Assembly (NCBI RefSeq): GCF_035285525.1
Contig: NZ_JAYKGW010000090.1
Location: forward strand, 30,001 to 62,000
Origin: Okeania sp.
Lineage (GTDB): Bacteria; Cyanobacteriota; Cyanobacteriia; Cyanobacteriales; Microcoleaceae
Direction of reading: 5' to 3'
Length of the DNA stretch: 32,000 bases
The translations under genes and the position numbers were made by a program. The notes below the pieces were generated by a model. That model was not told the origin of the DNA and ran no database searches. It saw nothing but the letters and a program-made list of their open reading frames with translations. Below are positions 18,349 through 25,911 of this stretch, in pieces. The first letter of the stretch is position 1. Each line of letters begins with the position of its first letter.

Positions 18349-18726
18349 GCTAAAACATATAAGTTAAAAATTTAGGTAATGATTGTCAGGCATTTTTGAA
18401 TAAAGTCATGGTTTAAGAATAATAAAAATAGGAAAGGGGGTGATTTTTTGGAATATATATAAACCCCTTTTCTTCTATTTATTGTTCGTTAATTAAATCA
18501 ACTGAAAATTTAAGAATGCCATATTTTTTCATAAAAATAGCTTATACCAAGTGTGATAAATATTTGTTACAAATGGAAGAAGGAAGAAACATTTAACAAA
18601 AAGGAATAAATGATAGAGATAAATATCTAAAATTAATTGGAGCAGCTATTTTTGAGGATTTCCGATAAACATCTATATTTTTGTAGCATTCTTTTTTCCA
18701 ATCAGTAGAAGGTACTAATAACTGAA

Positions 18727-19626
18727 ATGGCAACCTATTTAAAATCTAAAAATTTAGAAATTGATATTAGTTCTAAATTGCAAACAAATCCAAACATTCC
18801 CTATATTAATTCACGCTCTATTAAAGGTGCAGGAATTGGATTACGTTCTGTACATTATCAATATATTCTTAGTCAAAAACCCAAAATAAATTGGTTTGAA
18901 GTTTTATCAGATAACTATCTTTGTGCAGGTGGTTTACCACTATTTAATTTAGAAAAAATTCGTCAAAATTATCCAGTTACTCTACATGGAGTAGGAATGT
19001 CTCTGGGTTCAACAGACCCATTAAATTTAGATTATTTAACTAGATTAAAAAAATTAGCAGCAAAAGTTGAACCAGATTTAATTTCCGATCATTTATCTTG
19101 GATATCTGTTAATGGTCACTATCTTAATGATTTAATTCCTTTGGTTTATACAGAAGAGGTAATGGATTTTGTGGCATCTAGAATTTTGCAAGTACAAGAA
19201 TTTTTAGGCAGACAAATTTTGATTGAAAATCCCTCCCCGTATTTAACTTTTACAGATTCAACTATGTCAGAATGGGAGTTTATTGAAGGATTACTTAAAA
19301 CAGCAGATTGTTATTTACTTTTAGATGTAAATAATCTTTATGTCAATGCCATAAATAATAAAATTGACCCCCTACAATATTTAGATAGTATTCCTCCGAA
19401 TAGAGTTAAACAAATTCATTTAGCAGGTTACGAAGCAAAAGAAAATTATCTATTAGATACCCACGGTTATCCTGTACATTCTCCAGTTTGGGAATTGTAT
19501 AAAGAAGCATTAACTAGGTTCGGTGCTGTACCAACTTTAATAGAATGGGATACTAATATTCCCTCTTTTGAAGTATTAATGGCAGAAGCAAATAAAGCTG
19601 AAAAATTATTAGAAAATATAAAGTAA
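18727..19626 (+). CDS. bufB: DUF692 / MNIO-family (MbnB-like, BufB-type) multinuclear non-heme iron oxidative enzyme
   Basis: 299 aa. It has the DUF692 blocks GIGLRSVHY, NWFEVLSDNY, LHGVGMSLGS, ISDHLSW, LIENPSPY, LLLDVNNLYVNA, HLAGY, LDTHG and PTLIEWDTNIP. Confidence 0.88.
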   Translation: MATYLKSKNLEIDISSKLQTNPNIPYINSRSIKGAGIGLRSVHYQYILSQKPKINWFEVLSDNYLCAGGLPLFNLEKIRQNYPVTLHGVGMSLGSTDPLNLDYLTRLKKLAAKVEPDLISDHLSWISVNGHYLNDLIPLVYTEEVMDFVASRILQVQEFLGRQILIENPSPYLTFTDSTMSEWEFIEGLLKTADCYLLLDVNNLYVNAINNKIDPLQYLDSIPPNRVKQIHLAGYEAKENYLLDTHGYPVHSPVWELYKEALTRFGAVPTLIEWDTNIPSFEVLMAEANKAEKLLENIK

Positions 19627-20423
19627 TGGAAGCGATAACTCTACAAAATTTATTTCTACAAGCTGTTTTGGAAAAAGATAGTTTTAGTATAGAAAAATTA
19701 AGTCAACATATTAAAGCACCGAATAATTTAACACCTGCCGAAAGTTTGGCAATTTACCACAATAATGTTGTGGGAAATTTAAGTAATACATTAGTCTCAA
19801 TTTATCCTGTTTGTTGTCAGTTATTAGGTGAAAAATTTTTTAATGCTACGGGATTAAAATTTATTGAAAAGTTTCCTTGTTTATCACCAGACTTAGGAGA
19901 TTATGGGGAAGAGTTTGCAGATTTTTTGGCTAATTTTGAACCTGTAAAAGATTTACCATATTTGTCAGATGTAGCCCGTTTAGAATGGCATTGGCATCGT
20001 ATTTTTGCTGGTGAAAATACAAATGGTTTAGATTTCCAAACTTTAGGAGAAATTCCTCAAGAAAAATGGGGGGAATTGATTTTTTATTTACCAAAAAATA
20101 GTGTTTTATTAGAGTCTATCTATCCTATTCATAGAATTTGGCAAGTTAATCAATCTGATTATCAAGGGGATGAAGTAGTTAGTTTAGATGAAGGTGGAGT
20201 AAAAATATTTTTGTGGCGACAAGGTTATGATATGCGAATTGATTTACCTAAAGATGATGAGTGGGAATTATTAACAGTTTTTCAAGGAAATTATCCAGTT
20301 GAAATTATCTGTGAAAAATTAGTTGATGTTGAATCTGAAGTGGATGTTGGTTTGTTACTGCCATTGTTTGTGCAACGAGGTTGGATTACTAATTTTTCTA
20401 TAGTAGGGGTGGGTTTTAACTAG
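19626..20423 (+). CDS. bufC: DUF2063-family partner protein (BufC-type)
   Basis: 265 aa. Its start overlaps the bufB stop (TAATG). It has DUF2063-like features: IYHNNVVGNLSNTL..IYPV, DLGDYGEEFADFL and YLSDVARLEWHWHR. Confidence 0.8.
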   Translation: MEAITLQNLFLQAVLEKDSFSIEKLSQHIKAPNNLTPAESLAIYHNNVVGNLSNTLVSIYPVCCQLLGEKFFNATGLKFIEKFPCLSPDLGDYGEEFADFLANFEPVKDLPYLSDVARLEWHWHRIFAGENTNGLDFQTLGEIPQEKWGELIFYLPKNSVLLESIYPIHRIWQVNQSDYQGDEVVSLDEGGVKIFLWRQGYDMRIDLPKDDEWELLTVFQGNYPVEIICEKLVDVESEVDVGLLLPLFVQRGWITNFSIVGVGFN

Positions 20424-20567
20424 AATTTCCATACTTATTCTAAGATTTATATAAACCCACCTTTTCATTTATCAAATAATTAATAGTAGGGGTGGGTTTT
20501 AACTAAAATTTCCATACTTATTCTAAGATTTATATAAACCCACCCTTTCATTTATCAAATAATTAAT
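20401..20567 (+). repeat. 83-bp tandem duplication x2 that starts inside the last codons of bufC
   Basis: Unit TAGTAGGGGTGGGTTTTAACTAGAATTTCCATACTTATTCTAAGATTTATATAAACCCACC(C)TTTTCATTTATCAAATAATTAA. The copies at 20401..20483 and 20484..20566 differ at about 2 positions. Each has GGGTGGGTTT...AAACCCACC inverted arms. Confidence 0.85.
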
Positions 20568-20587
20568 CATCCATTCAACTGTTATTT

Positions 20588-20716
20588 TGTAGCCATAAAA
20601 ATCATTTGTGAGAAAAAAAACGGTAGGGGTTTAATCTCCAAATTCCTTGGCACTTCCCTTGAGAAACCAAACCTACCCCTACCATAAAATCTTACAATCT
20701 ATTTAGGATTGCTATA
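20588..20716 (-). repeat. MITE-like dispersed repeat, CACAAATCATT family, copy C (inverted)
   Basis: Reverse complement of the 12556..12680 architecture: AAATCATTTGTGAGAAAAAAAA, then GGTAGGGGT...ACCTACCCCTACC, then AAATCTTACAATCTATTTAGGATTGCTATA. Confidence 0.65.
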
Positions 20717-20739
20717 TATTAGAACATAGACTTATGTAA

Positions 20740-20800
20740 TTTCCTTCTTCCTTCTTCCTTTTTTCTTCTTTATTCTTCCTTCTTTACTTCTTTTTTCTTT
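20740..20800 (+). repeat. Polypyrimidine (CTT/CCTT-rich) tract of about 60 nt upstream of the 671-aa gene
   Basis: TTCCTTCTTCCTTCTTCCTTTTTTCTTCTTTATTCTTCCTTCTTTACTTCTTTTTTCTTT, with only two purines. It is complementary in composition to the tract at 22893..22960. Confidence 0.8.
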
Positions 20801-20884
20801 AGTGTGATAATAAATTAATAACTCAAAGCTAATAGCTAATAGCTGAGAGCTAAATGTTTACCTTAAGTTCTTAAAAAAGAATAG

Positions 20885-22900
20885 ATGAAAGAAATCCTTT
20901 ACTTAGAAGTACCAACGCCAGATACGAAAACTGTTTGTCAATGGCTACAATCTCAATTTCAACCTGGTTTTGGCCAAAAAAATATAACTCCAGATGGCTT
21001 TATTCTCAAACTTCCTGAAGACCCTACTCAGGAAATATCTGTCTTTTTATGGTCATTACAACGAACTACCTATCTGAAAGTATTTGCTGAAGGAAATATA
21101 TCTTCAATACAGCAAAAATTTACCTCAAATTTAACTAACAATTTACGAAAAGAATTTCCTCTAAACTATCCAGAACCTCCCCAAATTGATCTATCTAATC
21201 AGTCAATTTTTACAGCTTTAGCATCTGATTATCCCTTGACAGTTAAATACTTTCAAAAAATGCCTAAAGGAGAGTATTATCTCAACCGTTTATATTGGTG
21301 GGAAAAACGTTGGCGAGAATCAGTTAAAAATCCTCAAAAACCTAAACAGGTGCTTTGGAAAAAAGAGTCAGAAACTAATAATAATTCAGTTGAATATGAC
21401 TTAATTTATGTTGGTGGCGCTCTGGGAATAGTTCATGCAGCAGTCATGGCAAGATTGGGATATAAAGTATTATTATTAGAACGTTTACGTTTCGGTACAA
21501 TGAATCGAGAATGGAATATTTCTCGCTCCGAAATTCAAGGTTTAATTGATTTAGGTTTATTTACAAATACAGAAGTAGAAAACTTAATTGCCAGAGAATA
21601 TAAAGATGGATTTAATAATTTTTTTGATGCTAATAATCCGGATTTTTGTAAAGCAGAAATTCTCCATACTCCCACAGTTTTAAATTTGGCATTAGATTCA
21701 GAAAAATTATTAACTTTATGTGGAAATAAACTCCTAGAAGCTGGTGGAAAAATCGTCGATGAAACAGAATTTATTAAAGCTGATATTGAACCAGAAAAAG
21801 TAGTAGTTTACACTCAAAATCTATCTACCAAAACTGAACAAATTTTCTCTGGTCGTTTGTTAATAGATGCTATGGGTACTGCTTCTCCTATCGCTTGGCA
21901 ATTAAATGGAAAACGAGCTTTCGATAGTGTTTGTCCCACAGTCGGAGCTGTAATAGATGGTGGATTTGAACCAGGTGTTTGGGATTCAAATTATGGAGAT
22001 GTTCTCAATAGTCATGGAGATATTTCTCGCGGGAGACAATTAATTTGGGAGTTATTTCCTGGTAAAGATAATGAGTTAACAATTTATCTATTTCATTATC
22101 ATCAAGTTCATCCAGAAAACCCTGGTTCTCTGTTAGAAATGTATGAAGATTTTTTCACTATTTTACCAGAATATCGACGCTGTGATCTGGATAAATTAGT
22201 ATGGAAAAAGCCAACATTTGGTTATATTCCTGGGCATTTTAGTATTAAAGGTAGCGATCGCCAAGTTGCTTTTGACCGTCTAGTTTGTATTGGTGATGCT
22301 GCTTCTCTCCAGTCTCCCTTAGTATTTACTGGTTTTGGTTCTTTAGTGAGAAATTTACCTCGTTTAACTGAACTTTTAGATACTGCTTTAAAATATGATT
22401 TACTCAGTGCCAATAACTTAAATAAAATTCGTGCTTATCAAAGCAATATTGCCATTACTTGGTTATTTTCTAAAGGTATGATGGTTCCTACTGGTAAGTT
22501 TTTACCTCCCCAAAAAATCAATTCTATTTTGAATACATTCTTTGGCTTATTAGCAGATTCTCCCCCAGAAGTAGCAGATACTTTTATTAAAGATAGGGCT
22601 GATTGGTGGACTTTTACAAAACTAGCTCTCAAAGCAGCCAGAATCAATCCTTATCTTTTATTCTGGATTCTAGACTTTATTAATTTCCAGGAAATATTAC
22701 TGTGGATAACCAGTTATATTAATTTCACTTTGTTTAGTTTAATAAGTTGGTTATTCGGATGGTTCCCTAGTTTTGCTCGTTCGATTCAACCTTGGTTAGA
22801 ACCTCGTTTTCCTGGTTTATGGTTTTGGATATTAGCTAATAGTTATGCTTTAACTTATAATGTCGGTCAACCACAGATGAATTTCCAATTACAAAAGTAA
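20885..22900 (+). CDS. FAD-dependent oxidoreductase with a hydrophobic C-terminus; possibly a CruA/CruP-type lycopene cyclase family protein
   Basis: 671-aa ORF. It has a dinucleotide-binding fold, YDLIYVGGALGIVHAAVMARLGYKVLLLER, after an N-terminal domain of about 170 aa. C-terminal hydrophobic segments include LLFWILDFINF...LFSLISWLFGWF. The CruA assignment comes from size, architecture and memory, not from a search. Confidence 0.45.
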   Translation: MKEILYLEVPTPDTKTVCQWLQSQFQPGFGQKNITPDGFILKLPEDPTQEISVFLWSLQRTTYLKVFAEGNISSIQQKFTSNLTNNLRKEFPLNYPEPPQIDLSNQSIFTALASDYPLTVKYFQKMPKGEYYLNRLYWWEKRWRESVKNPQKPKQVLWKKESETNNNSVEYDLIYVGGALGIVHAAVMARLGYKVLLLERLRFGTMNREWNISRSEIQGLIDLGLFTNTEVENLIAREYKDGFNNFFDANNPDFCKAEILHTPTVLNLALDSEKLLTLCGNKLLEAGGKIVDETEFIKADIEPEKVVVYTQNLSTKTEQIFSGRLLIDAMGTASPIAWQLNGKRAFDSVCPTVGAVIDGGFEPGVWDSNYGDVLNSHGDISRGRQLIWELFPGKDNELTIYLFHYHQVHPENPGSLLEMYEDFFTILPEYRRCDLDKLVWKKPTFGYIPGHFSIKGSDRQVAFDRLVCIGDAASLQSPLVFTGFGSLVRNLPRLTELLDTALKYDLLSANNLNKIRAYQSNIAITWLFSKGMMVPTGKFLPPQKINSILNTFFGLLADSPPEVADTFIKDRADWWTFTKLALKAARINPYLLFWILDFINFQEILLWITSYINFTLFSLISWLFGWFPSFARSIQPWLEPRFPGLWFWILANSYALTYNVGQPQMNFQLQK

Positions 22901-22960
22901 AGAAAGAAGAAAGAAGAAAGAAGGCTTTAGTTATCTAGGAGAGAAGGAAGAAGGAAAGAG
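22893..22960 (+). repeat. Polypurine (GAA/GGAA-rich) tracts straddling the stop codon and 3' end of the 671-aa gene
   Basis: AAAAGTAAAGAAAGAAGAAAGAAGAAAGAAGG and AGGAGAGAAGGAAGAAGGAAAGAG. A 15-nt stretch, GAAGGAAGAAGGAAA, is the exact complement of part of 20740..20760. Confidence 0.8.
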
Positions 22961-22979
22961 CGAATGTAATTCGCTCTTT
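22955..22979 (+). terminator. Candidate intrinsic terminator of the 671-aa gene
   Basis: 11-bp perfect stem AAAGAGCGAAT / ATTCGCTCTTT with loop GTA. The U-tail is only short. Confidence 0.5.
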
Positions 22980-22980
22980 C

Positions 22981-23043
22981 ATTATCAATTATCAATTATC
23001 AATTATCAATTATCAATTATCAATTATCAATTATTAATTATTC
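22981..23043. repeat. Heptamer tandem repeat ATTATCA x6, plus 2-3 degenerate units (STRR-like)
   Basis: Read directly. Shorter versions of the same motif (TCATTATCAATTATC, TTATTATCAATTA) recur at 24102..24116 and 27928..27940. Confidence 0.85.
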
Positions 23044-23091
23044 ATTGAAAAAGGCGATCGCTCCCGATCAAAACCAGATTTAGGGAAAGCC

Positions 23092-23126
23092 AGAAAGCAG
23101 ATTTTTTTTCAAAAAACCGGGTTTCT
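23092..23126. repeat. Island hairpin repeat, copy R1 (left arm degenerate)
   Basis: AGAAAGCAGATTTTTTTTCAAAAAACCGGGTTTCT, preceded by the shared leader ATCAAAACCAGATTTAGGGAAAGCC. It lies immediately 3' of the 150-aa gene on the minus strand. Confidence 0.7.
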
Positions 23127-23133
23127 TAAACAA

Positions 23134-23586
23134 TTAAATCGGAGCAGTTACTAACTCTTTCTCTACTATTTCTGTTGCTTCTGGAGGTTTTTCTGCTTCT
23201 ATATCCATGAGTGCTTTTATCCTTTTAAATAAATCGACTTCTGCCGGTTCTTTGTCTGTTAATTTTTCGTAAAAATAGGGGTCATTTAACCAGTGGGGAA
23301 AAGCTATTTCTAATAAACCATTTTCCCAGAGTTTAAAACGCCAGTATTTTGATACTCGATCATCGACTATCTCAAATAATGGGGCACAATGTTTCTGAGG
23401 ATAATAGATAAAATTGTCATCGCAAATGTAGTACCAAAACTTTCCTTCTGCTTGATCGATAGCATAGACAATATATTCTTTACCTACTGTTAATCTAAAG
23501 AGGGTTTCTGTGGTTCGATTAACAGCTGGATCGAGATAATTTTCTGGAAGAGATGCGCCAGTGTTGGCAATACAACGAATTTTCAT
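23134..23586 (-). CDS. Uncharacterised 150-aa protein, protector/immunity-like member of the duplicated cassette (copy 1)
   Basis: The ATG at 23586..23584 (MKIRCIANTGASLPE...) lies 13 nt after the stop of the upstream ORF and follows AAGGAAAA. The longer 191-aa reading in the ORF track overlaps the upstream gene out of frame. By manual alignment, 100 of 150 residues are identical to the paralog at 25912..26364. Confidence 0.7.
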   Translation of the reverse strand: MKIRCIANTGASLPENYLDPAVNRTTETLFRLTVGKEYIVYAIDQAEGKFWYYICDDNFIYYPQKHCAPLFEIVDDRVSKYWRFKLWENGLLEIAFPHWLNDPYFYEKLTDKEPAEVDLFKRIKALMDIEAEKPPEATEIVEKELVTAPI

Positions 23587-23599
23587 GGGTTTATTTTCC

Positions 23600-23908
23600 T
23601 TATTGATTTCTTGGTGCTGCTTTGGGATATTCTCGTTTGAATTTAAACTCAACGTCTTGAGCAGTTTTGCGGTTTCTGTACCAGTGGACTTGTACCGCTG
23701 CTCCATCAAGTATTAAACTATTCGTACTTGACATTTTAACCCAGTCTCCTGGTTCGCCGCCATAATTTTCGACGAGTCGGGGAGAACATCTCAAAGGTTT
23801 TAATGGCGTTCCTTGAATTTCTATGGCTATCCCAGCCTTAGCCTGTTCTAAAAGCAGTTGCTCTTCTAAGTTATTGGGAGTTTCATCGGGAATCGGGCCA
23901 GTTGTCAC
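23600..23908 (-). CDS. Uncharacterised 102-aa protein, toxin-like member of the duplicated cassette (copy 1, intact)
   Basis: GTG start; an in-frame TAG lies 13 codons upstream. It encodes VTTGPIPDETPNNLEEQLLLEQAKAG...ENYGGEPGDWVKMSS...VQVHWYRNRKTAQDVEFKFKREYP. The paralog at 26378..26685 is inactivated. Confidence 0.6.
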   Translation of the reverse strand: MTTGPIPDETPNNLEEQLLLEQAKAGIAIEIQGTPLKPLRCSPRLVENYGGEPGDWVKMSSTNSLILDGAAVQVHWYRNRKTAQDVEFKFKREYPKAAPRNQ

Positions 23909-23947
23909 AGTGTTGTTTTTTTTGCTTGGTAAAAAAGGTTGATTCTA

Positions 23948-23953
23948 ATTATA
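23948..23953 (-). promoter_or_regulatory. Candidate -10 box (TATAAT) of the cassette, conserved in both copies
   Basis: TATAAT on the minus strand, about 40 nt upstream of the GTG. The same box lies at 26723..26728 in copy 2, inside a conserved stretch GCGATC.CT...TTTTATTTTATAATTAGAATCAACCTTTTTTACCAAGC. Confidence 0.3.
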
Positions 23954-23999
23954 AAATAAAAGCGATCGCTCCTTATCAAAAGCAGGTTTAAGGAAAGCC

Positions 24000-24032
24000 A
24001 GAAACCCGGTTTTTCCGAAAAACCGGGTTTCT
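24000..24032. repeat. Island hairpin repeat, copy R2
   Basis: AGAAACCCGGTTTTTCCGAAAAACCGGGTTTCT: 14-bp perfect arms with a 5-nt loop. Confidence 0.8.
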
Positions 24033-24117
24033 CAAAGGGCTGGGTTGACATAAAATTAATAGAAACCTGTAGGAGTTTATGGTCATTAACCCCCACTCTT
24101 TCATTATCAATTATCCA

Positions 24118-24879
24118 TTAAAAAGATACCCAAGATTTAACATCATCAAAACTCCAAGGCGAAGGCGGATTCTTATTGTAGTCAATAAAATATTCGTATC
24201 CGAGTTGCTCGTATAACTCAGATACTAATTGCTGTAAATCTAATATCGGTTCGATATCTGTTGGCAAAAGGGGAAAAGGGAAACTGGGAAGGCGATCGCC
24301 TACGTTAAAACTGTACAAATCTGGGGTGGGGCGAGTATTACCACGACTAACTAATATACGATAGTGTTTTGATTTGCTATTGTGGAAAACTGGCATGGCA
24401 GAGCCACCTCGTAATAAATCTATTTCTACTAAGTGAGTCATACTTTCTAAGATTTGTTGTCGTTTGGCTAGATACTTCTGGTGACCTTCTCCTGTTTTAT
24501 TAGCAGGGGAGAGAACTTCTACAACCGCGACTACTTCTTTTGTGGCTGTATCTTTGACTTCAATGTAGGATTGCCGGACTTCTTCTCGTAGGGGAATGGC
24601 TACTTTCACGGGTTTGACTGAGAGTTTTTGGGCAGTAATGGTTGCTGCCAGCGTAGTTTTTGATTCTCGATTATTTTGTACGCTAACGTCTGGTCTACCG
24701 ATAGTAATGGAGGTTGAGTTGCCGATTTTATAAACCCACTTGTCAGTGACGACTCGGTATTTGGGAGCGAGCGGTGGAACCAGGTTTCTAGCTATGGCAG
24801 CAACCAGTTGATTGTGGAAGTCAGACCAATATTCAGGTTGTTCGAGATAAGGATTCATTCCGGGAAATGGATTGGGCAT
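24118..24879 (-). CDS. DUF4058-family protein
   Basis: The start at the internal ATG gives MPNPFPGMNPYLEQPEYWSDFHNQLVAAIA, the characteristic DUF4058 N-terminus. The upstream extension in the ORF track (MFKKPGFLEKTGFL) only translates hairpin repeat R3. Confidence 0.8.
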   Translation of the reverse strand: MPNPFPGMNPYLEQPEYWSDFHNQLVAAIARNLVPPLAPKYRVVTDKWVYKIGNSTSITIGRPDVSVQNNRESKTTLAATITAQKLSVKPVKVAIPLREEVRQSYIEVKDTATKEVVAVVEVLSPANKTGEGHQKYLAKRQQILESMTHLVEIDLLRGGSAMPVFHNSKSKHYRILVSRGNTRPTPDLYSFNVGDRLPSFPFPLLPTDIEPILDLQQLVSELYEQLGYEYFIDYNKNPPSPWSFDDVKSWVSF

Positions 24880-24949
24880 GGTTTTTCTGAGGTAGTTGGT
24901 TTTATTTAATGTAGCAGAATGGGTGGCGATCGCTTTCTGAAGACTATCC

Positions 24950-24983
24950 AGAAACCCGGTTTTTTCCAAAAAACCGGGTTTCT
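24950..24983. repeat. Island hairpin repeat, copy R3
   Basis: AGAAACCCGGTTTTTTCCAAAAAACCGGGTTTCT, followed by the same TAAACAATTAAGCGGGAG sequence found after R4. Confidence 0.8.
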
Positions 24984-24990
24984 TAAACAA

Positions 24991-25022
24991 TTAAGCGGGA
25001 GTTGTTGCTAACTTTTTCTCTA
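24991..25022 (-). pseudogene. 3'-terminal remnant of a third copy of the 150-aa cassette gene
   Basis: TTAAGCGGGAGTTGTTGCTAACTTTTTCTC reads on the minus strand as ...EKKLATTPA-stop. This parallels ...DKELATAPA-stop of copy 2 (25912..) and has the same spacing to the hairpin repeat. Homology ends near 25022. Confidence 0.55.
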
Positions 25023-25078
25023 ACGATATGATAACATAATTTTGAGAAAATAAATTCACTTCTTGATTGGAGGACAAA

Positions 25079-25330
25079 ATGCAAATTACTTTGGAAATTC
25101 CTGATGAGATGCTTCAAGGAAAAGGATTAAACGAAGGAGAATGGTTGCAGGAAATAGCGATCGCTCTATTTCAAAAAGAATTAATAACTCTCGCTCGTGC
25201 TAGCAGGATTGCCCGAATGCACCAAATGGATTTTCAAAAGCTAATTGCCAGTCGCGGTATCTGCATTCATTACGATGTTGAAGAGTTTGAACAAGACATT
25301 CGGCATTTAGAAGAGCGGGGTTGGTTATGA
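25079..25330 (+). CDS. UPF0175-family antitoxin-like protein
   Basis: The ATG at 25079 follows GGAGGA. It encodes MQITLEIPDEML...LITLARASRIARMHQMDFQKLIASRGI, typical of UPF0175. Its stop overlaps the next start (ATGA). Confidence 0.8.
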   Translation: MQITLEIPDEMLQGKGLNEGEWLQEIAIALFQKELITLARASRIARMHQMDFQKLIASRGICIHYDVEEFEQDIRHLEERGWL

Positions 25331-25725
25331 TTATTGTTAGCGATACTTCACCTTTATGTAATCTACAACTGGTTAATTCTCTCTGGTTATTGCGAGAACT
25401 TTATGGTATAGTTATAATTCCTCATGTTGTGGCTGAGGAACTTGCTGCTGCTAGCAATCTGGATATTCAAAATATTTGCCACCTAGAATGGATACAAATC
25501 CGAACTCTTAGTTTAACAAAGGTTGCTGAAAGCCTTCAGAGGAAGCGGGGATTATATCCAGGAGAAGCCAAGGCCATAGCTTTAGCAATCGAGCTTAAGG
25601 CAGACGATCTGCTTATTGATGAGCGACTCGGAAGACGAGAAGCTTTGCAACTCGGATTATCTGTTATTGGTGTATTGGGGATTTTAGTCGCTGCCAAACA
25701 AAAAGGTTTAATTCCAATGGTATAA
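25327..25725 (+). CDS. DUF3368-family PIN-like toxin-like protein
   Basis: IIVSDTSPLCNL..., GEAKAIALAIELKADDLLIDERLGRREA and GVLGILVAAKQKGLI are typical DUF3368 blocks. It is paired with the UPF0175 gene. Confidence 0.8.
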   Translation: MIIVSDTSPLCNLQLVNSLWLLRELYGIVIIPHVVAEELAAASNLDIQNICHLEWIQIRTLSLTKVAESLQRKRGLYPGEAKAIALAIELKADDLLIDERLGRREALQLGLSVIGVLGILVAAKQKGLIPMV

Positions 25726-25870
25726 CCTGTTATGGATACCCTTATTGAGGAGGCTGGTTTTAGAGTAAGTGATCGTTTATACCAGCGAATTATTACTTGA
25801 TCTAGTGAGTGAAGTGTTAAAAAGGGAAGGTTGCGATCGCTCCACATCAAAACCAGATTTAGGGAAAGCC

Positions 25871-25904
25871 AGAAACCAGGTTTTTTTGAAAAAACTAGGT
25901 TTCT
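25871..25904. repeat. Island hairpin repeat, copy R4 (slightly degenerate)
   Basis: AGAAACCAGGTTTTTTTGAAAAAACTAGGTTTCT with the same leader as R1. It lies immediately 3' of cassette copy 2. Confidence 0.75.
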
Positions 25905-25911
25905 TAAACAA

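Noticed and set aside
18349-18726. Search for a second precursor peptide gene between bufA and bufB
   Set aside because: The only ATG ORF (about 26 codons, MPYFFIKIAYTKCDKYLLQMEEGRNI) has no signal peptide, only one Cys and no SD. It is not credible as a DUF2282-type precursor.
22222-22647. Minus-strand ORFs 22222..22413 and 22438..22647 inside the 671-aa gene
   Set aside because: They are shadow ORFs within a long open frame that has a clear dinucleotide-binding motif. There is no independent support.
23587-23709. 41-codon N-terminal extensions of the 191-aa ORFs (also 26365..26487)
   Set aside because: The extensions overlap the 3' end of the upstream 102-codon gene in another frame. The internal ATG (MKIRC...) follows an AAGGAA box 13 nt after the upstream stop, and sequence conservation is explained by the upstream gene.
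23905-24096. 63-aa ORF, and the N-terminal part of ORF 26638..27039, containing FEKPGFSEKPGFW
   Set aside because: The KPGF repeats are just the translation of the GAAACCCGG...CCGGGTTTC hairpin repeat. The 26638..27039 ORF is a chimera of the IS transposase 3' end, the hairpin repeat and the first codons of the dead toxin-like gene.
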